Shown here piece by piece: positions 54,558-64,000 of a stretch of 64,000 nt of DNA. Position 1 is the first letter of the stretch; every line of letters starts with the position of its first letter. Where the stretch lies: NCBI GenBank assembly GCA_965277285.1, contig OZ255721.1, positions 2,336,001 to 2,400,000 of the forward strand, written 5' to 3'. The stretch comes from Abditibacteriaceae bacterium (GTDB lineage: Bacteria; Armatimonadota; Abditibacteriia; Abditibacteriales; Abditibacteriaceae). Below the pieces are notes generated by a model. That model was not told the DNA's origin. It did no database searches and worked only from the letters and a program-made list of their open reading frames with translations. The translations under genes were made by a program, and so were the position numbers.

Positions 54558-56228
54558 TCACGGTTGAGCGTTCAATGAAAGCGGAACGAACTGGCCTGCA
54601 CTGTAAACGACGACGCGATCTTGGGAAGCGATGTCGCGCGTTTGAATGCTCAAGGTGCATCCAGCGTCCAAGTGCGCGTCGTGATGCAAGCCTGATGGTT
54701 TGAAATCGAACAGCCCGCACGTCCCGGGCGGCGTGCGATAGAACGTTGGATTTGGAACCGGCAAAGCGAACGCATTTTCATTTTGCTTGACCTTTTGCAC
54801 ATCGGACGATTTCCAGTAGCGCACGATGGAAACGAGTTCGACGTGGCGCACGCGATTGGGATAAAACATGCGGATCGCGGAATCCAGGCCGTTGCGAAAC
54901 ACGTAAACACCTTCCAACGTGTCGGGAACGGTGAGCACAACAAGATCGCGCACTGGCAACAACGGCCCGACCGAGCGAACAATTTTTTGTGTTGTGTTGG
55001 CAACACGCAGCCAGCGATTGTTGATCGCCCAGGTTTGCGCTATCAAAACGACAACCAGAACAGCCACAGCAACGCGATTGAGTACTCGATAGCGCGTCAG
55101 ATGAATCATCACAACTGCCAGCGCGATGCAGGCGAAAGCCGAAGGAAGGTAAACGAATCGCTGATTTTGTCCGTCGGCATGAATGGCGCCGATCACCATC
55201 GCAACAGAAAACGGTGGCAGATAACTCGCCGCAAAAGCCAGCAACAACACTTTCACTTCATTCGTAAAAGGCCGCTGGCGATAAATGTAAAAGCCGAAAG
55301 CCGCGACGGCGAGAATGGACGCCACGCCGAGCCACAACAACGATTGCAAAGCCGGCAAATACGCCGTCGTCAGAAAAGACAACACGCTTTTGGGCAAATA
55401 CGACCAATGTATGCCGCCGACAAAAGCGCCCAGCAACAATCGGCGCACCCCAAAATACAACACGATAACTGCGGCGTAAGTCCACAGCGAACGGTCTTTC
55501 GCAGAACGATTTTCCACGTTCGTTGTCGCCGTCCTTTTCCAAATTGTTTGCTGAAAAATCAGCAGCAACAAAGGCAGCGATAGAACAGATTCTTTGGCGA
55601 AAATGCCCAGCGTAAAACAAATCAAGGCCAACGCGAGAAGCGTTTTTCGACGAGTTCGCAACCAATATCCGTGAAAAATTACGGTCGCTAAAGCAAAAGG
55701 CGCGGCCAGCACATCGACGCGCCCCGAAATCCACACGACCGCTTCGCCGCGCGACGGCCAAACCAAAAACAACAACCCGGCCACAAAAGCACAAAGCAGC
55801 GAATCGTCCCAATCTTTCTGTGTGGGCTTCTCAAGATTCTCCAGCGAAGCGCTGGCCGACAAAGTGTTTGTTGACAAAGTGTTTGCTGAACGCGAAAAAA
55901 GCGGACTTTCTTCGAGGAGCAATCGTGCCAGCAAAAAAACCAGCGACGACGAAATCAGGTGCAACACAAAGCTCGTAATGTGATAACCCGTCGCATTGAG
56001 GTTCCATAACAAGCTGTCCACATACAAGCTGAGGCCCGAAAGCGGGCGCAAAAACGCGACGTGAAAAACCCAGAGACCAAAAGGCCCGCCACGTTGCACA
56101 GCTTCGATTTGATTAAAGTCATCGCACAGGAAAAACGAACCCAAAACCGGAGCATATAAAACGGTTCCGACAACGACATAAGCGAGCAGGCACAAAAAAA
56201 GTCGGCCGGAATTTGAAAGTTGTTTCAT
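54558..56228 (-). CDS. multi-pass membrane protein, GT-C glycosyltransferase-like
   Basis: FLCDD, FLRPL, GYH, EAVVWISGR, AKES and RFVYLPS motifs with many TM segments. Confidence 0.78.
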   Translation of the reverse strand: MKQLSNSGRLFLCLLAYVVVGTVLYAPVLGSFFLCDDFNQIEAVQRGGPFGLWVFHVAFLRPLSGLSLYVDSLLWNLNATGYHITSFVLHLISSSLVFLLARLLLEESPLFSRSANTLSTNTLSASASLENLEKPTQKDWDDSLLCAFVAGLLFLVWPSRGEAVVWISGRVDVLAAPFALATVIFHGYWLRTRRKTLLALALICFTLGIFAKESVLSLPLLLLIFQQTIWKRTATTNVENRSAKDRSLWTYAAVIVLYFGVRRLLLGAFVGGIHWSYLPKSVLSFLTTAYLPALQSLLWLGVASILAVAAFGFYIYRQRPFTNEVKVLLLAFAASYLPPFSVAMVIGAIHADGQNQRFVYLPSAFACIALAVVMIHLTRYRVLNRVAVAVLVVVLIAQTWAINNRWLRVANTTQKIVRSVGPLLPVRDLVVLTVPDTLEGVYVFRNGLDSAIRMFYPNRVRHVELVSIVRYWKSSDVQKVKQNENAFALPVPNPTFYRTPPGTCGLFDFKPSGLHHDAHLDAGCTLSIQTRDIASQDRVVVYSAGQFVPLSLNAQP

Positions 56229-56309
56229 TTCGTTGATCGTAAAAACGTGAATCGTTCGCGGTTCGCCAACAAGTGCAACATCAACATTTCTCAATCGAGT
56301 ACTCGATTC

Positions 56310-57929
56310 TCACTCCTTCACGCACCCAACTGTGGCAGCGCACGCCTGCGCGCTATTTGCGCCATCAATGGCCGCCGAAACAATGCCTCCGGCGTAACCA
56401 GCGCCTTCGCCACACGGGAAGAGTCCGGCGATTTGCGGATGCTGGCGCGTTTGGTCATCGCGCGGCACGCGCACTGGCGACGACGTGCGGCTTTCCACGC
56501 CGATTAAAACCGCGTCTTCGGTGAGGTAGCCGCGCATTTGCCGCCCAAATTGTTCCAAACCAATTTTCAAGCGACGCGCAATCGGTTTCGGCAAAACATC
56601 GTGCATCGAAATCGACACAATTCCAGGCTGATACGAGCAACTGGGAAGCGTTGGCGAAACGCGATTCTTTAAAAAATCGGTGACACGTTGCGCGGGCGCT
56701 TTTTGCCCGTTCGCGCCGATGTTTCCCGCCGCGATTCGAGCGCGCGTTTCAATTTCGCGTTGAAAAATCACGCCCGCCATTGCGCCGTGCGCCTGATAAT
56801 CCTTCAAATCTTCGGTTTCGACGGCGACGACCAAGCCCGAATTGGCAAAAGGCGAATCGCGGCGCGACAAACTCATGCCGTTGACGACAACTTCATCACC
56901 ACGCGTGGCGCTCGGCACAATCCAGCCGCCGGGACACATGCAAAACGAAAACACGCCGCGACCTTCGACAACGTGCGCCAGACGATAACTCGCGGCGGGC
57001 AACTTCGGATGCCGCCATTCGCCGTTGCTTTGCTTTTCCAGCTTCGCATGACGATATTGAATGCCGTCAATCAAAGGCTGCGGATGTTCGATGCGCACAC
57101 CAAGAGCAAACGGCTTCGACTGAAGCAAAACATTATGACGCGCCAGAATCTCAAAAATTTCGCGCCCCGAATGACCGCTGGCTAAAATGATTGCATCGCC
57201 CAGAACTTCGTCGCCATCGGCTAAAACCACGCCGCGCATTCGAGTACTTTCAATCGACAAATCCACAACGCGACTGTTGAAACGAATTTCGCCACCCGCT
57301 TGCAGAATGGTTTCGCGCATTGCGGCGACGACTTTGGGCAGCTTGTTGGAGCCGATATGCGGATGCGCTTCGACTAAAATATCGGGCGGCGCGCCATGAG
57401 CGACCAGAGTTTCGAGGACGCGACGAATGGCGGCTTTGTCTTTGACGCGCGTGTAAAGTTTGCCGTCGGAATAGGTTCCCGCCCCGCCTTCGCCAAAACA
57501 ATAATTGCTGTCTTGGTTGACAACGCCTTCGCGCGTCAATTGCGCCAGATCGCGGCGTCGCGCTTGAACATCTTTGCCGCGTTCTAAAATAATCGGCTTG
57601 ATATTGTGTCGAATTAGTTCAAGCGCCGCGAACATTCCCGCCGGGCCGCAACCGACAATCACAACTGTATGGTTTTTCGCCGCGTTTGAGGTGAGTTTCG
57701 AGTACTCGATATGCGGCAGAGGCTCGTCAGGCGCGTTTTCATCCGTCCAAATATCGCACAAAAGGCGTAGACGAATCGGCGCGCGGCGCGCATCCAGCGA
57801 ACGACGACGCACGCGAATTTCTGTGATTTGTTCGCACGCGACGTTCAACAATTGCGCCGCCTGCGCGCGTTGTTTTTGAACATCGTCGGCGTCATCCAGC
57901 GGAAGAACAATTTCGAGCGAAGAAAACAT
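56310..57929 (-). CDS. FAD-dependent oxidoreductase
   Basis: VGCGPAG, FGEGGAGTYSDGKL, SFCMCPGG, ESRTSSP, PCGEGAGYAGGIVSAAIDG. Confidence 0.92.
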   Translation of the reverse strand: MFSSLEIVLPLDDADDVQKQRAQAAQLLNVACEQITEIRVRRRSLDARRAPIRLRLLCDIWTDENAPDEPLPHIEYSKLTSNAAKNHTVVIVGCGPAGMFAALELIRHNIKPIILERGKDVQARRRDLAQLTREGVVNQDSNYCFGEGGAGTYSDGKLYTRVKDKAAIRRVLETLVAHGAPPDILVEAHPHIGSNKLPKVVAAMRETILQAGGEIRFNSRVVDLSIESTRMRGVVLADGDEVLGDAIILASGHSGREIFEILARHNVLLQSKPFALGVRIEHPQPLIDGIQYRHAKLEKQSNGEWRHPKLPAASYRLAHVVEGRGVFSFCMCPGGWIVPSATRGDEVVVNGMSLSRRDSPFANSGLVVAVETEDLKDYQAHGAMAGVIFQREIETRARIAAGNIGANGQKAPAQRVTDFLKNRVSPTLPSCSYQPGIVSISMHDVLPKPIARRLKIGLEQFGRQMRGYLTEDAVLIGVESRTSSPVRVPRDDQTRQHPQIAGLFPCGEGAGYAGGIVSAAIDGANSAQACAATVGCVKE

Positions 57930-57972
57930 TGGTCAAAGTTTACGAAGAATCGTCCGCGAAACACGCAAGAAA

Positions 57973-58144
57973 TGGCCACAAAGAACACAAAGGTCACAAA
58001 AGAAATTGAGTACTCGTTCCCGTCTGCCATTCTGAATAGAACGAAGAATCTTCCGGCAACCAGACTCTTCGCTCTACTTAAAATGACAGAATCGCGCTTT
58101 CAAGTACTCGATTTCTTTTGTGATCTTTGTGTTCTTTGTGGCTA
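57973..58144. repeat. nested hairpin element
   Basis: Outer arms of about 44 bp (GCCACAAAGAACACAAAG.. / ..CTTTGTGTTCTTTGTGGC) around an inner hairpin at 58023-58090. Confidence 0.82.
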
Positions 58145-58157
58145 ACTCAGCTTTGCG

Positions 58158-58847
58158 TCACGCCATATACAAATGCGAATAAGCGAACGTGAGTTGCAGT
58201 GTCGGACGCGTTTCGTCTTCGCCGTAAGATAAATCCTGAACGAAATACAGTTCGCGTCCGCCGCGCAGTTTCCAAACAGCGTCCCAGCCATTGTTGGGCG
58301 GCCCGCCAGTTGGCTCCGAATAATGGCGTTGGCCATGCTGACCTAAAATACGCGCGATCTCATTCACTTTGGCTTTGGTCACGATTGTGGTTTGCTGCGG
58401 GCTTTCGTCACCGATTTGCGGGCCGAGAAAAATATCGACCGAATGAACCGCGTCGCCCGCACGCCAGGCTGCAACGCGCGCTTCATCGGCGTCGCTCGCG
58501 CGATATTTGGCGCGGTCGTTAGCGAAAACTAAGATACCCGAATACTTGCCTTTGAAACGCAACGTATTCCATTTCCAATCGGCCATCGGCGACATCGTGA
58601 CCCATTGATACTTCGTGTCGCGCGGCAAAATCGCCTTGATCTGGTTCAACGTCGCACCGCCGCGAATGCGCTTCAAGAGGTGCACGACTTCACTGGTTCG
58701 CGGCGTCGAATAACCCGCACGGAACAAACTTTTTGCGTCGTCGCTTTCTTCCATCTGAGCGTGCAAAGGTCGAGCAAAGGTCGTCACGCCTGCAACTGAC
58801 AGGCACAATACGACTTTCCACGTCCACTTCCAAGTTATGTTTCTCAT
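58158..58847 (-). CDS. hypothetical secreted protein
   Basis: 229-aa ORF with a signal peptide ending LHA; no family recognised. Confidence 0.65.
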   Translation of the reverse strand: MRNITWKWTWKVVLCLSVAGVTTFARPLHAQMEESDDAKSLFRAGYSTPRTSEVVHLLKRIRGGATLNQIKAILPRDTKYQWVTMSPMADWKWNTLRFKGKYSGILVFANDRAKYRASDADEARVAAWRAGDAVHSVDIFLGPQIGDESPQQTTIVTKAKVNEIARILGQHGQRHYSEPTGGPPNNGWDAVWKLRGGRELYFVQDLSYGEDETRPTLQLTFAYSHLYMA

Positions 58848-58946
58848 TAAGCTTTCCCTGCGGTAAATTGAGTTATTGAATTAACGTTCGAGCCGTCATA
58901 TCGAGTACTGGAATGCCCTTCTGTATCACACACCGTTCGTCATAAA

Positions 58947-60116
58947 TCAAACCGCCGCGCAGGTTTCCTTTGCAGACGAGACGCGCACGGTGCGCAGCCA
59001 AGTCATTTGCGCGACGAGCAGCAACAACGAAAACGCGATAATCACAGGATAAAACGCGAGATCGTTGTTCATCCAGCGAATGGCGGCGTTGCATACAACC
59101 ATGCCGCCAATGTTGCCCACGCCGACCATCATTTCGTTGATGCCGACGTTGTGCGCGCTCCGCGAACTGTTGCTGGTATAGAAAACCGCGCAGAAAAACG
59201 TAAAGCCCTGCAAAACGCCCAGAATCGCCATCGAAACCAACGACAAAGCATAACTTTGTGACAGCCACAGGCCGCACAACGCCAAGACAATTCCTATTTG
59301 CAAAACGATCAAAGGTCGCGCCGTATAATGCCAGCGCGCCTGACGATAGCTGATGTAGCCGCCCAAGGCTTGCGCCCACATCAAAACGCACAACAGCGTT
59401 CCCGCCATCCACGCCTGGTGCCCGGCCTGCGCCGAAAACTTAGAAATGAACGTCACCAAAGGTCGCTGCAGAAAGTTGCCCGCCACACACAACGACCAAC
59501 CAATCGCCACATAACGTGCATTGGCATGACGCGTATTCGCAGTTTCCGGCGCGATTCGAGTACTCGATTTATCGCCTTCTTCAACTGGCGCGGGTTTGTC
59601 GCCAGCGATCATTCCGATGAGGCCGATAATCGCGGCGGAACACAGCGCCGCCAAAATTAAAGGTTGACCGTAGCTGCGCAAAACGCCGGTCAGCAAAAAC
59701 CCGAGTCCGATGCCCAGGCTCCACGACACGTTGTATTTGGCGACCGTTGACGCCATCGCGCCTTCGGCGGAACGGCCTCGCATAAACGCCTGAAACGCGT
59801 TAAAAGCGAACGCCGCCGTCAAGCCCAATCCGCCGATAAAGAAAAACACCGGCCAAAACGAAACCATAAACACCAGAGGCACCGCCAAAAACAGCAACGC
59901 GCCCAGCGAACACAGCAAAATCGGCTTGGTGGTGCGCGCATCCAATACACGCGCTGCGACCGGACAAGCGATCATGTAAGCCACATTGAAAGCGACCAAT
60001 AAACTCGTCGCCTGCGCGTTGGAAAGGTGCATTTCGCGCCCCGCCGCATCACCCAGACGCGATTGCACCGCAAACAAAATAAAATCCAGCAAAAACGGCA
60101 CAAGATAAATTTTCAT
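58947..60116 (-). CDS. MFS transporter
   Basis: About 12 hydrophobic segments in two halves with a central loop. Confidence 0.78.
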   Translation of the reverse strand: MKIYLVPFLLDFILFAVQSRLGDAAGREMHLSNAQATSLLVAFNVAYMIACPVAARVLDARTTKPILLCSLGALLFLAVPLVFMVSFWPVFFFIGGLGLTAAFAFNAFQAFMRGRSAEGAMASTVAKYNVSWSLGIGLGFLLTGVLRSYGQPLILAALCSAAIIGLIGMIAGDKPAPVEEGDKSSTRIAPETANTRHANARYVAIGWSLCVAGNFLQRPLVTFISKFSAQAGHQAWMAGTLLCVLMWAQALGGYISYRQARWHYTARPLIVLQIGIVLALCGLWLSQSYALSLVSMAILGVLQGFTFFCAVFYTSNSSRSAHNVGINEMMVGVGNIGGMVVCNAAIRWMNNDLAFYPVIIAFSLLLLVAQMTWLRTVRVSSAKETCAAV

Positions 60117-60191
60117 AAATCGAAATCGAGTACTCGAACTCGCCTATTTTAATCGAAGAATGGCAGCGCGGCATCGTTCGGACTTTAACGA

Positions 60192-60254
60192 ACCCCAAGC
60201 GTCAGCGCGGGGCTGACGTAGCAAATAGTTCAGCCCCGCGCTGACGCTTGGGGT
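60192..60254. repeat. REP-like hairpin, copy 2
   Basis: ACCCCAAGCGTCAGCGCGGGGCTGA ... TCAGCCCCGCGCTGACGCTTGGGGT. Confidence 0.85.
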
Positions 60255-60313
60255 GCTGTAAAAGCCGATGCGACCTGCACCCTTTCGCCGCCGTTCTGCG
60301 TTACAATTTCCTC

Positions 60314-61318
60314 ATGCGAGCCGATCAATTTGTGCGCGCTCATCGCGCGGGCTGGACACGTTTGAACCAACTGACAGAAAAGGCACAGCGCGACCGACTT
60401 TCGTCGCTGTCCGACGAAGAATTGCACGAAATGGGCGCGCTTTATCGCCGCGCTTCGAGCGATCTGGCGCGCGCCCAAACGCGTCTGGCCAAAACCGCCG
60501 CAGGCCGCGAACTGGTGCGCTCGCTGAACGCTCTGGTTTTGCGCGCCCACAGCCAGGTTTATTCCGCGCCCGCGCCGCAGCCGCAAAACGCGCTCAACTT
60601 TTTGCTGTATGGTTTTCCGGCCTGCGTGCGCCGCAACTGGAAACCGATTGCGCTTTCGGCACTTTTACTTTATGGCCCGGCCTTGATTTCCTATTTGTGC
60701 GTCATCATCAACCCCGATTTGGCGCGCTTGTTCGTGCCCGAAGACGCGATTCGGGAAGTTCAGCGGCGCGCCGAGCAGAAGATTATCACCGGTTGGGGCG
60801 CCAACACGCATTTCGGCGGATTGTTGGAATCGCCGAGCATTTCGTCGTTCATCATGGTGAACAACATTTTCGTGTCGCTGCGCGCCGCCGCATTGGGCGT
60901 CACGATGGGAATTGGAACTGTGGTCGCTCTGGTCGCCAACGGCTTGATGTTGGGCGGCTTGTCGGGCGCCGCGACGAATTACCATGTCAGCCTGAATTAT
61001 TGGGCGGTCATTCTGCCGCACGGCATCATCGAACTGTCGGCGATTTCGCTTTCCGGCGGCGCCGGATTTATCCTCGCGCGCGCCATTTACGCGCCGGGCG
61101 ATTTGCCACGACGCGACGCTTTGCGCATCGCCGGAGGAGAAGCCGCGCAATTGCTGGCTGGCGTCGCGGCTATGCTCGTCATCGCCGGTCTCATCGAAGG
61201 CTTCATCACGCCGCAACCAATCCCACCGATCTTGAAAGTGACTTTCGGCATTCTGACGGCGATTTTGCTGTTGTTCTACCTCAACGCGCGACCAAAAACC
61301 AAATCGAGTACTCGATAA
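60314..61318 (+). CDS. SpoIIM-family membrane protein
   Basis: LYRRASSDLA, IMVNN, NGLMLG, ILPHGIIEL, AGLIEGFIT; ATG at 60314. Confidence 0.88.
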   Translation: MRADQFVRAHRAGWTRLNQLTEKAQRDRLSSLSDEELHEMGALYRRASSDLARAQTRLAKTAAGRELVRSLNALVLRAHSQVYSAPAPQPQNALNFLLYGFPACVRRNWKPIALSALLLYGPALISYLCVIINPDLARLFVPEDAIREVQRRAEQKIITGWGANTHFGGLLESPSISSFIMVNNIFVSLRAAALGVTMGIGTVVALVANGLMLGGLSGAATNYHVSLNYWAVILPHGIIELSAISLSGGAGFILARAIYAPGDLPRRDALRIAGGEAAQLLAGVAAMLVIAGLIEGFITPQPIPPILKVTFGILTAILLLFYLNARPKTKSSTR

Positions 61319-61330
61319 CGATCTTGGCTA

Positions 61331-61774
61331 TTATGAGGTCAGTCGTTTTATAAAGCGCCTCTCATCGAATTCATAACCCAATCTGCGATAAAATTCGTGC
61401 GCACCTTCGCGTGGGTCGCCACTTGTGACCTCGATTCGGAGACAGCCTTGTGACCAGCCAAACGCTTCAGCTGCTTGCACCAACTCACTACCGACGCCGT
61501 GCCGCTGCCATTGTGAACTCACCACCAAAGAAGTAATGCGGCCTAAATTGCCGACAACATGAAACAATGGAATAACGTGAAAACTGATGACGCCTATTAC
61601 GGACGCAGCCGCTTCTGCAACAAGAACGGAATCTCTTGAATTGGAGGAGAGAAGCGCAATGTTTTTTTCTACGTGAACAGCTTTGAGTGAATAACCCAGT
61701 TCACTTAGCAAATGAGAAATAGCTGGAGCATCGCTCTCAGTCGCAGCACGGACAGTAAGTGTTGTTTGGCTCAT
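61331..61774 (-). CDS. GNAT N-acetyltransferase
   Basis: ITSLVVSSQWQRHGVG, AHEFYRRLGY. Confidence 0.88.
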   Translation of the reverse strand: MSQTTLTVRAATESDAPAISHLLSELGYSLKAVHVEKNIALLSSNSRDSVLVAEAAASVIGVISFHVIPLFHVVGNLGRITSLVVSSQWQRHGVGSELVQAAEAFGWSQGCLRIEVTSGDPREGAHEFYRRLGYEFDERRFIKRLTS

Positions 61775-61798
61775 AGCTTTATTGGATCACGCAGATCT

Positions 61799-62074
61799 TC
61801 AAGGGTGGTTTACCTGACGTTCTTGCCGCGCTCGTTCGCGCAACATAAAACCGTAGAGACTTTCGACTTTTTCGCGCGCCCACGGCGTTTTGCGCAAAAA
61901 CTTGAGGCTGGAATTGATAGTCGGTTCGCTGATGAAACAACGAATCGCAATTCGTTTTCCCAATTCTTCCCAGCCAAAATGCGCCACCAATTCGGTCAGC
62001 ATTCGCTCCAAAGTCACACCATGCAGCGGATTGTGAGGTTGAGTTGGCGGATCGGTTTCGTTTGGATTTGTCAT
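61799..62074 (-). CDS. VF530/DUF2132 family protein
   Basis: NPLHGVTLE, GWEELG, PTINSSLKFLRKTPWAREKVE. Confidence 0.88.
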   Translation of the reverse strand: MTNPNETDPPTQPHNPLHGVTLERMLTELVAHFGWEELGKRIAIRCFISEPTINSSLKFLRKTPWAREKVESLYGFMLRERARQERQVNHP

Positions 62075-62080
62075 GGTTTT

Positions 62081-62168
62081 GTAGGGGCGCGCGGCGTGCG
62101 CCCTGTTGTTGCAATGTCCGCAACGTTTTAGAAGTGTTATGCAAAGGGCATGCGGCGTGCGCCCCTAC
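62081..62168. repeat. GTAG-type REP doublet (REPIN-like)
   Basis: GTAGGGGCGCGCGGCGTGCGCCC ... GGGCATGCGGCGTGCGCCCCTAC. Confidence 0.75.
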
Positions 62169-63574
62169 GAATTGTCGCTCGCGTTCATCGTCGCGCTCGC
62201 TCGCGCCAATTGTTCGCGCACTTGTTGCGGCGCCGTGCCGCCGTAACTCTGGCGCGCGGCCACGCTGTTTTCCACTTTGCACGCTTCCAAAACGCCGTCA
62301 TCGAAACGTTCATCCAACGCGCGCCATTCGTCCAAACTCAAATCCTCCAACTCGCGGTTGTTGGTTTCGCACCAGCGCACCACGCTGCCGACAATTTCGT
62401 GCGACTGGCGAAACGGAATATTTTTGCGCACCAGATAATCGGCCACATCAGTCGCGGTCGAAAAACCGCCGCCCGCTGCCGCGCGCATTTTCTGCGTGTT
62501 GAATTTCGCGGTTTCGATTACGCCGCGCGCGATTCGAGTACTCGAAAGCACGGTATCAAAGGCATCGAAAAGCGGTTCTTTGTCTTCCTGTAAATCGCGG
62601 TTATATGTCAACGGCAAGGCTTTAACGAGCGTGATGAGCGTCATCAAATCGCCGACGACGCGTGCGCTTTTGCCGCGCACCAGTTCCATCGAATCGGGGT
62701 TCTTCTTTTGCGGCATAATCGAACTTCCCGTCGAAAAACGGTCGTTGAGAGTGACAAAACCGAATTCCGGCGCGCTCCACATCACGATTTCTTCGGCCAA
62801 GCGCGACAAGTGCAACGCCAAAATCGACAGCGCCGAAACGCTTTCAATCAAGTGATCGCGGCTGGCCACTGTATCCATCGAGTTTTCTGAAACGCGTGCG
62901 AAGCCCAACTGATGCGCCACGAAATGGCGATCAATCGGGAACGGCGTTCCGGCCATCGCTGCGGCGCCCAAAGGCAACACATCGGCGCGCACAAAACATT
63001 CGCCCAAGCGTTCCCAGTCGCGTTGCAGCATTTGAAAATAGGCCAGCAAATGATGACTTAGAAGCACCGGTTGCGCGCGTTGCAAATGCGTATAGCCAGG
63101 CAGAATTGCTTCGTGTCCGACTTGCGCGAACTCATCGGCGCGATCAATTAAAACGTTTTGCAAGGCGCGCACTTCACTTTGCATTTGCCGCAACGCGTCC
63201 TTGAGATAAAGCCGCACATCGAGCGCGATTTGATCGTTGCGAGAGCGCGCCGTGTGCATTTTGCCCGCGACGGCGCCGATACGTTCGGTCAAATGGCGCT
63301 CGATAAACGAATGAATGTCTTCGTCCGGCGCGTCGGCGAAAGTCAAGGTGCCGCGTTCCAGGTCGCGCTGAATGTCGACCAATCCGGCTAAAATTGTGTC
63401 GCGTTCTTTAGGTTCGAGTACTCGAATGTGCCCGAGCATCAGGACGTGCGCGCGCGAACCCGCGATGTCGTAGCGCCACAAGCGCGCATCGAAGGGCAGA
63501 GAAGTCGAAAACTGCATCATCGCCGCATCGGGCGACGAATCGAAGCGACCGCTCCACAAGGCTTTGTTGTTCAT
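62165..63574 (-). CDS. argH: argininosuccinate lyase
   Basis: LWSGRF, HTARSRNDQ, PGYTHLQRAQP, STGSSIMPQKKNPD, YNRDLQEDKE; start at MNNK (63574). Confidence 0.97.
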   Translation of the reverse strand: MNNKALWSGRFDSSPDAAMMQFSTSLPFDARLWRYDIAGSRAHVLMLGHIRVLEPKERDTILAGLVDIQRDLERGTLTFADAPDEDIHSFIERHLTERIGAVAGKMHTARSRNDQIALDVRLYLKDALRQMQSEVRALQNVLIDRADEFAQVGHEAILPGYTHLQRAQPVLLSHHLLAYFQMLQRDWERLGECFVRADVLPLGAAAMAGTPFPIDRHFVAHQLGFARVSENSMDTVASRDHLIESVSALSILALHLSRLAEEIVMWSAPEFGFVTLNDRFSTGSSIMPQKKNPDSMELVRGKSARVVGDLMTLITLVKALPLTYNRDLQEDKEPLFDAFDTVLSSTRIARGVIETAKFNTQKMRAAAGGGFSTATDVADYLVRKNIPFRQSHEIVGSVVRWCETNNRELEDLSLDEWRALDERFDDGVLEACKVENSVAARQSYGGTAPQQVREQLARASATMNASDNS

Positions 63575-63616
63575 AGGAATTAACGCGAGAGACGAGTAAG
63601 GCTTGATAACCGTAGC

Positions 63617-63644
63617 GTACGGGCGAGGCATGCCTCGCCCGTAC
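63617..63644. repeat. perfect 28-bp REP-like palindrome
   Basis: GTACGGGCGAGGCATGCCTCGCCCGTAC. Confidence 0.8.
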
Positions 63645-63654
63645 AAATCATTTC

Positions 63655-64000
63655 TTACCCCTTTTCAATCGCAGCCTTGCGATCTTGCACGGCTTTCAAG
63701 CGCGCGTTGTCGAATTTGGGCTGGCGATCAAAAGTGAAAAGACCGTTTTCTTCGGGGAAAATATCGGTCAGTTGCGTGTAGCAGTAGCCGAACATTTCCG
63801 CGTGGTCGAGCAGAAACGTGCAAACCGCATCGAAGCGCACGTGAAAATCTTCCACGCTGACCGGTGACGAACCGTAGCCCCAACTGTCCTTGCGCTCCAT
63901 AGATTTCACGTTGCCATCGGCGTCCGCCACCATCGAAGCGTCGATGTGCGCTGATGGATTCCAGCGAAAGCCGCCGAACTCGGAAATAAAATACGGCTGG
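63655..64000 (-). CDS. glycoside hydrolase family 2-like protein, C-terminal part
   Basis: QPYFISEFGG..W and GYCYTQLTD..E.NGL motifs; gene begins beyond the window. Confidence 0.78.
   Translation of the reverse strand, partial: QPYFISEFGGFRWNPSAHIDASMVADADGNVKSMERKDSWGYGSSPVSVEDFHVRFDAVCTFLLDHAEMFGYCYTQLTDIFPEENGLFTFDRQPKFDNARLKAVQDRKAAIEKG

Noticed and set aside
60314..61318. Evidence for sporulation
   Set aside because: SpoIIM-like membrane proteins are widespread in non-sporulating bacteria.
60268..61353. 361-aa Arg-rich ORF overlapping the SpoIIM-family gene
   Set aside because: Alternative-frame artefact of GC-rich codon usage.

Overview
This is bacterial chromosomal DNA. The prepilin/H-X9-DG proteins, T-box and gene set suggest an Armatimonadota-like organism, but that is inference. 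The window has three parts. (1) 1-9.5 kb is core: an MFS gene and a Leu-specific T-box leader in front of ilvC-leuA-leuC-leuD, interrupted by a hairpin-flanked GxxExxY nuclease gene and an ankyrin gene. (2) About 9.5-48.1 kb is a decaying accessory island ending at tRNA-Ala(CGC) and two convergent paralogous tyrosine recombinases. It holds nested IS5/IS110/IS3 elements, integron-cassette (attC) remnants, a DUF1778-GNAT toxin-antitoxin pair, a TetR-linked oxidoreductase cluster, a copZ-csoR-copA module and IS5-end-bounded cargo units. (3) 48.2-64 kb is core: HU, der-plsY-gpsA, argH and others. Main observations: (a) the 12-bp palindrome TCGAGTACTCGA occurs about 35 times exactly by manual count, inside and between genes and depleted in the island, which is HIP1-like behaviour with a different motif; (b) an IS110 element whose bridge-RNA target and donor guides can be read from the sequence and match an attC-like site; (c) tandem IS5-end-bounded passenger-gene units; (d) frequent 13-17 bp tandem duplications. 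All counts and alignments were made by eye.
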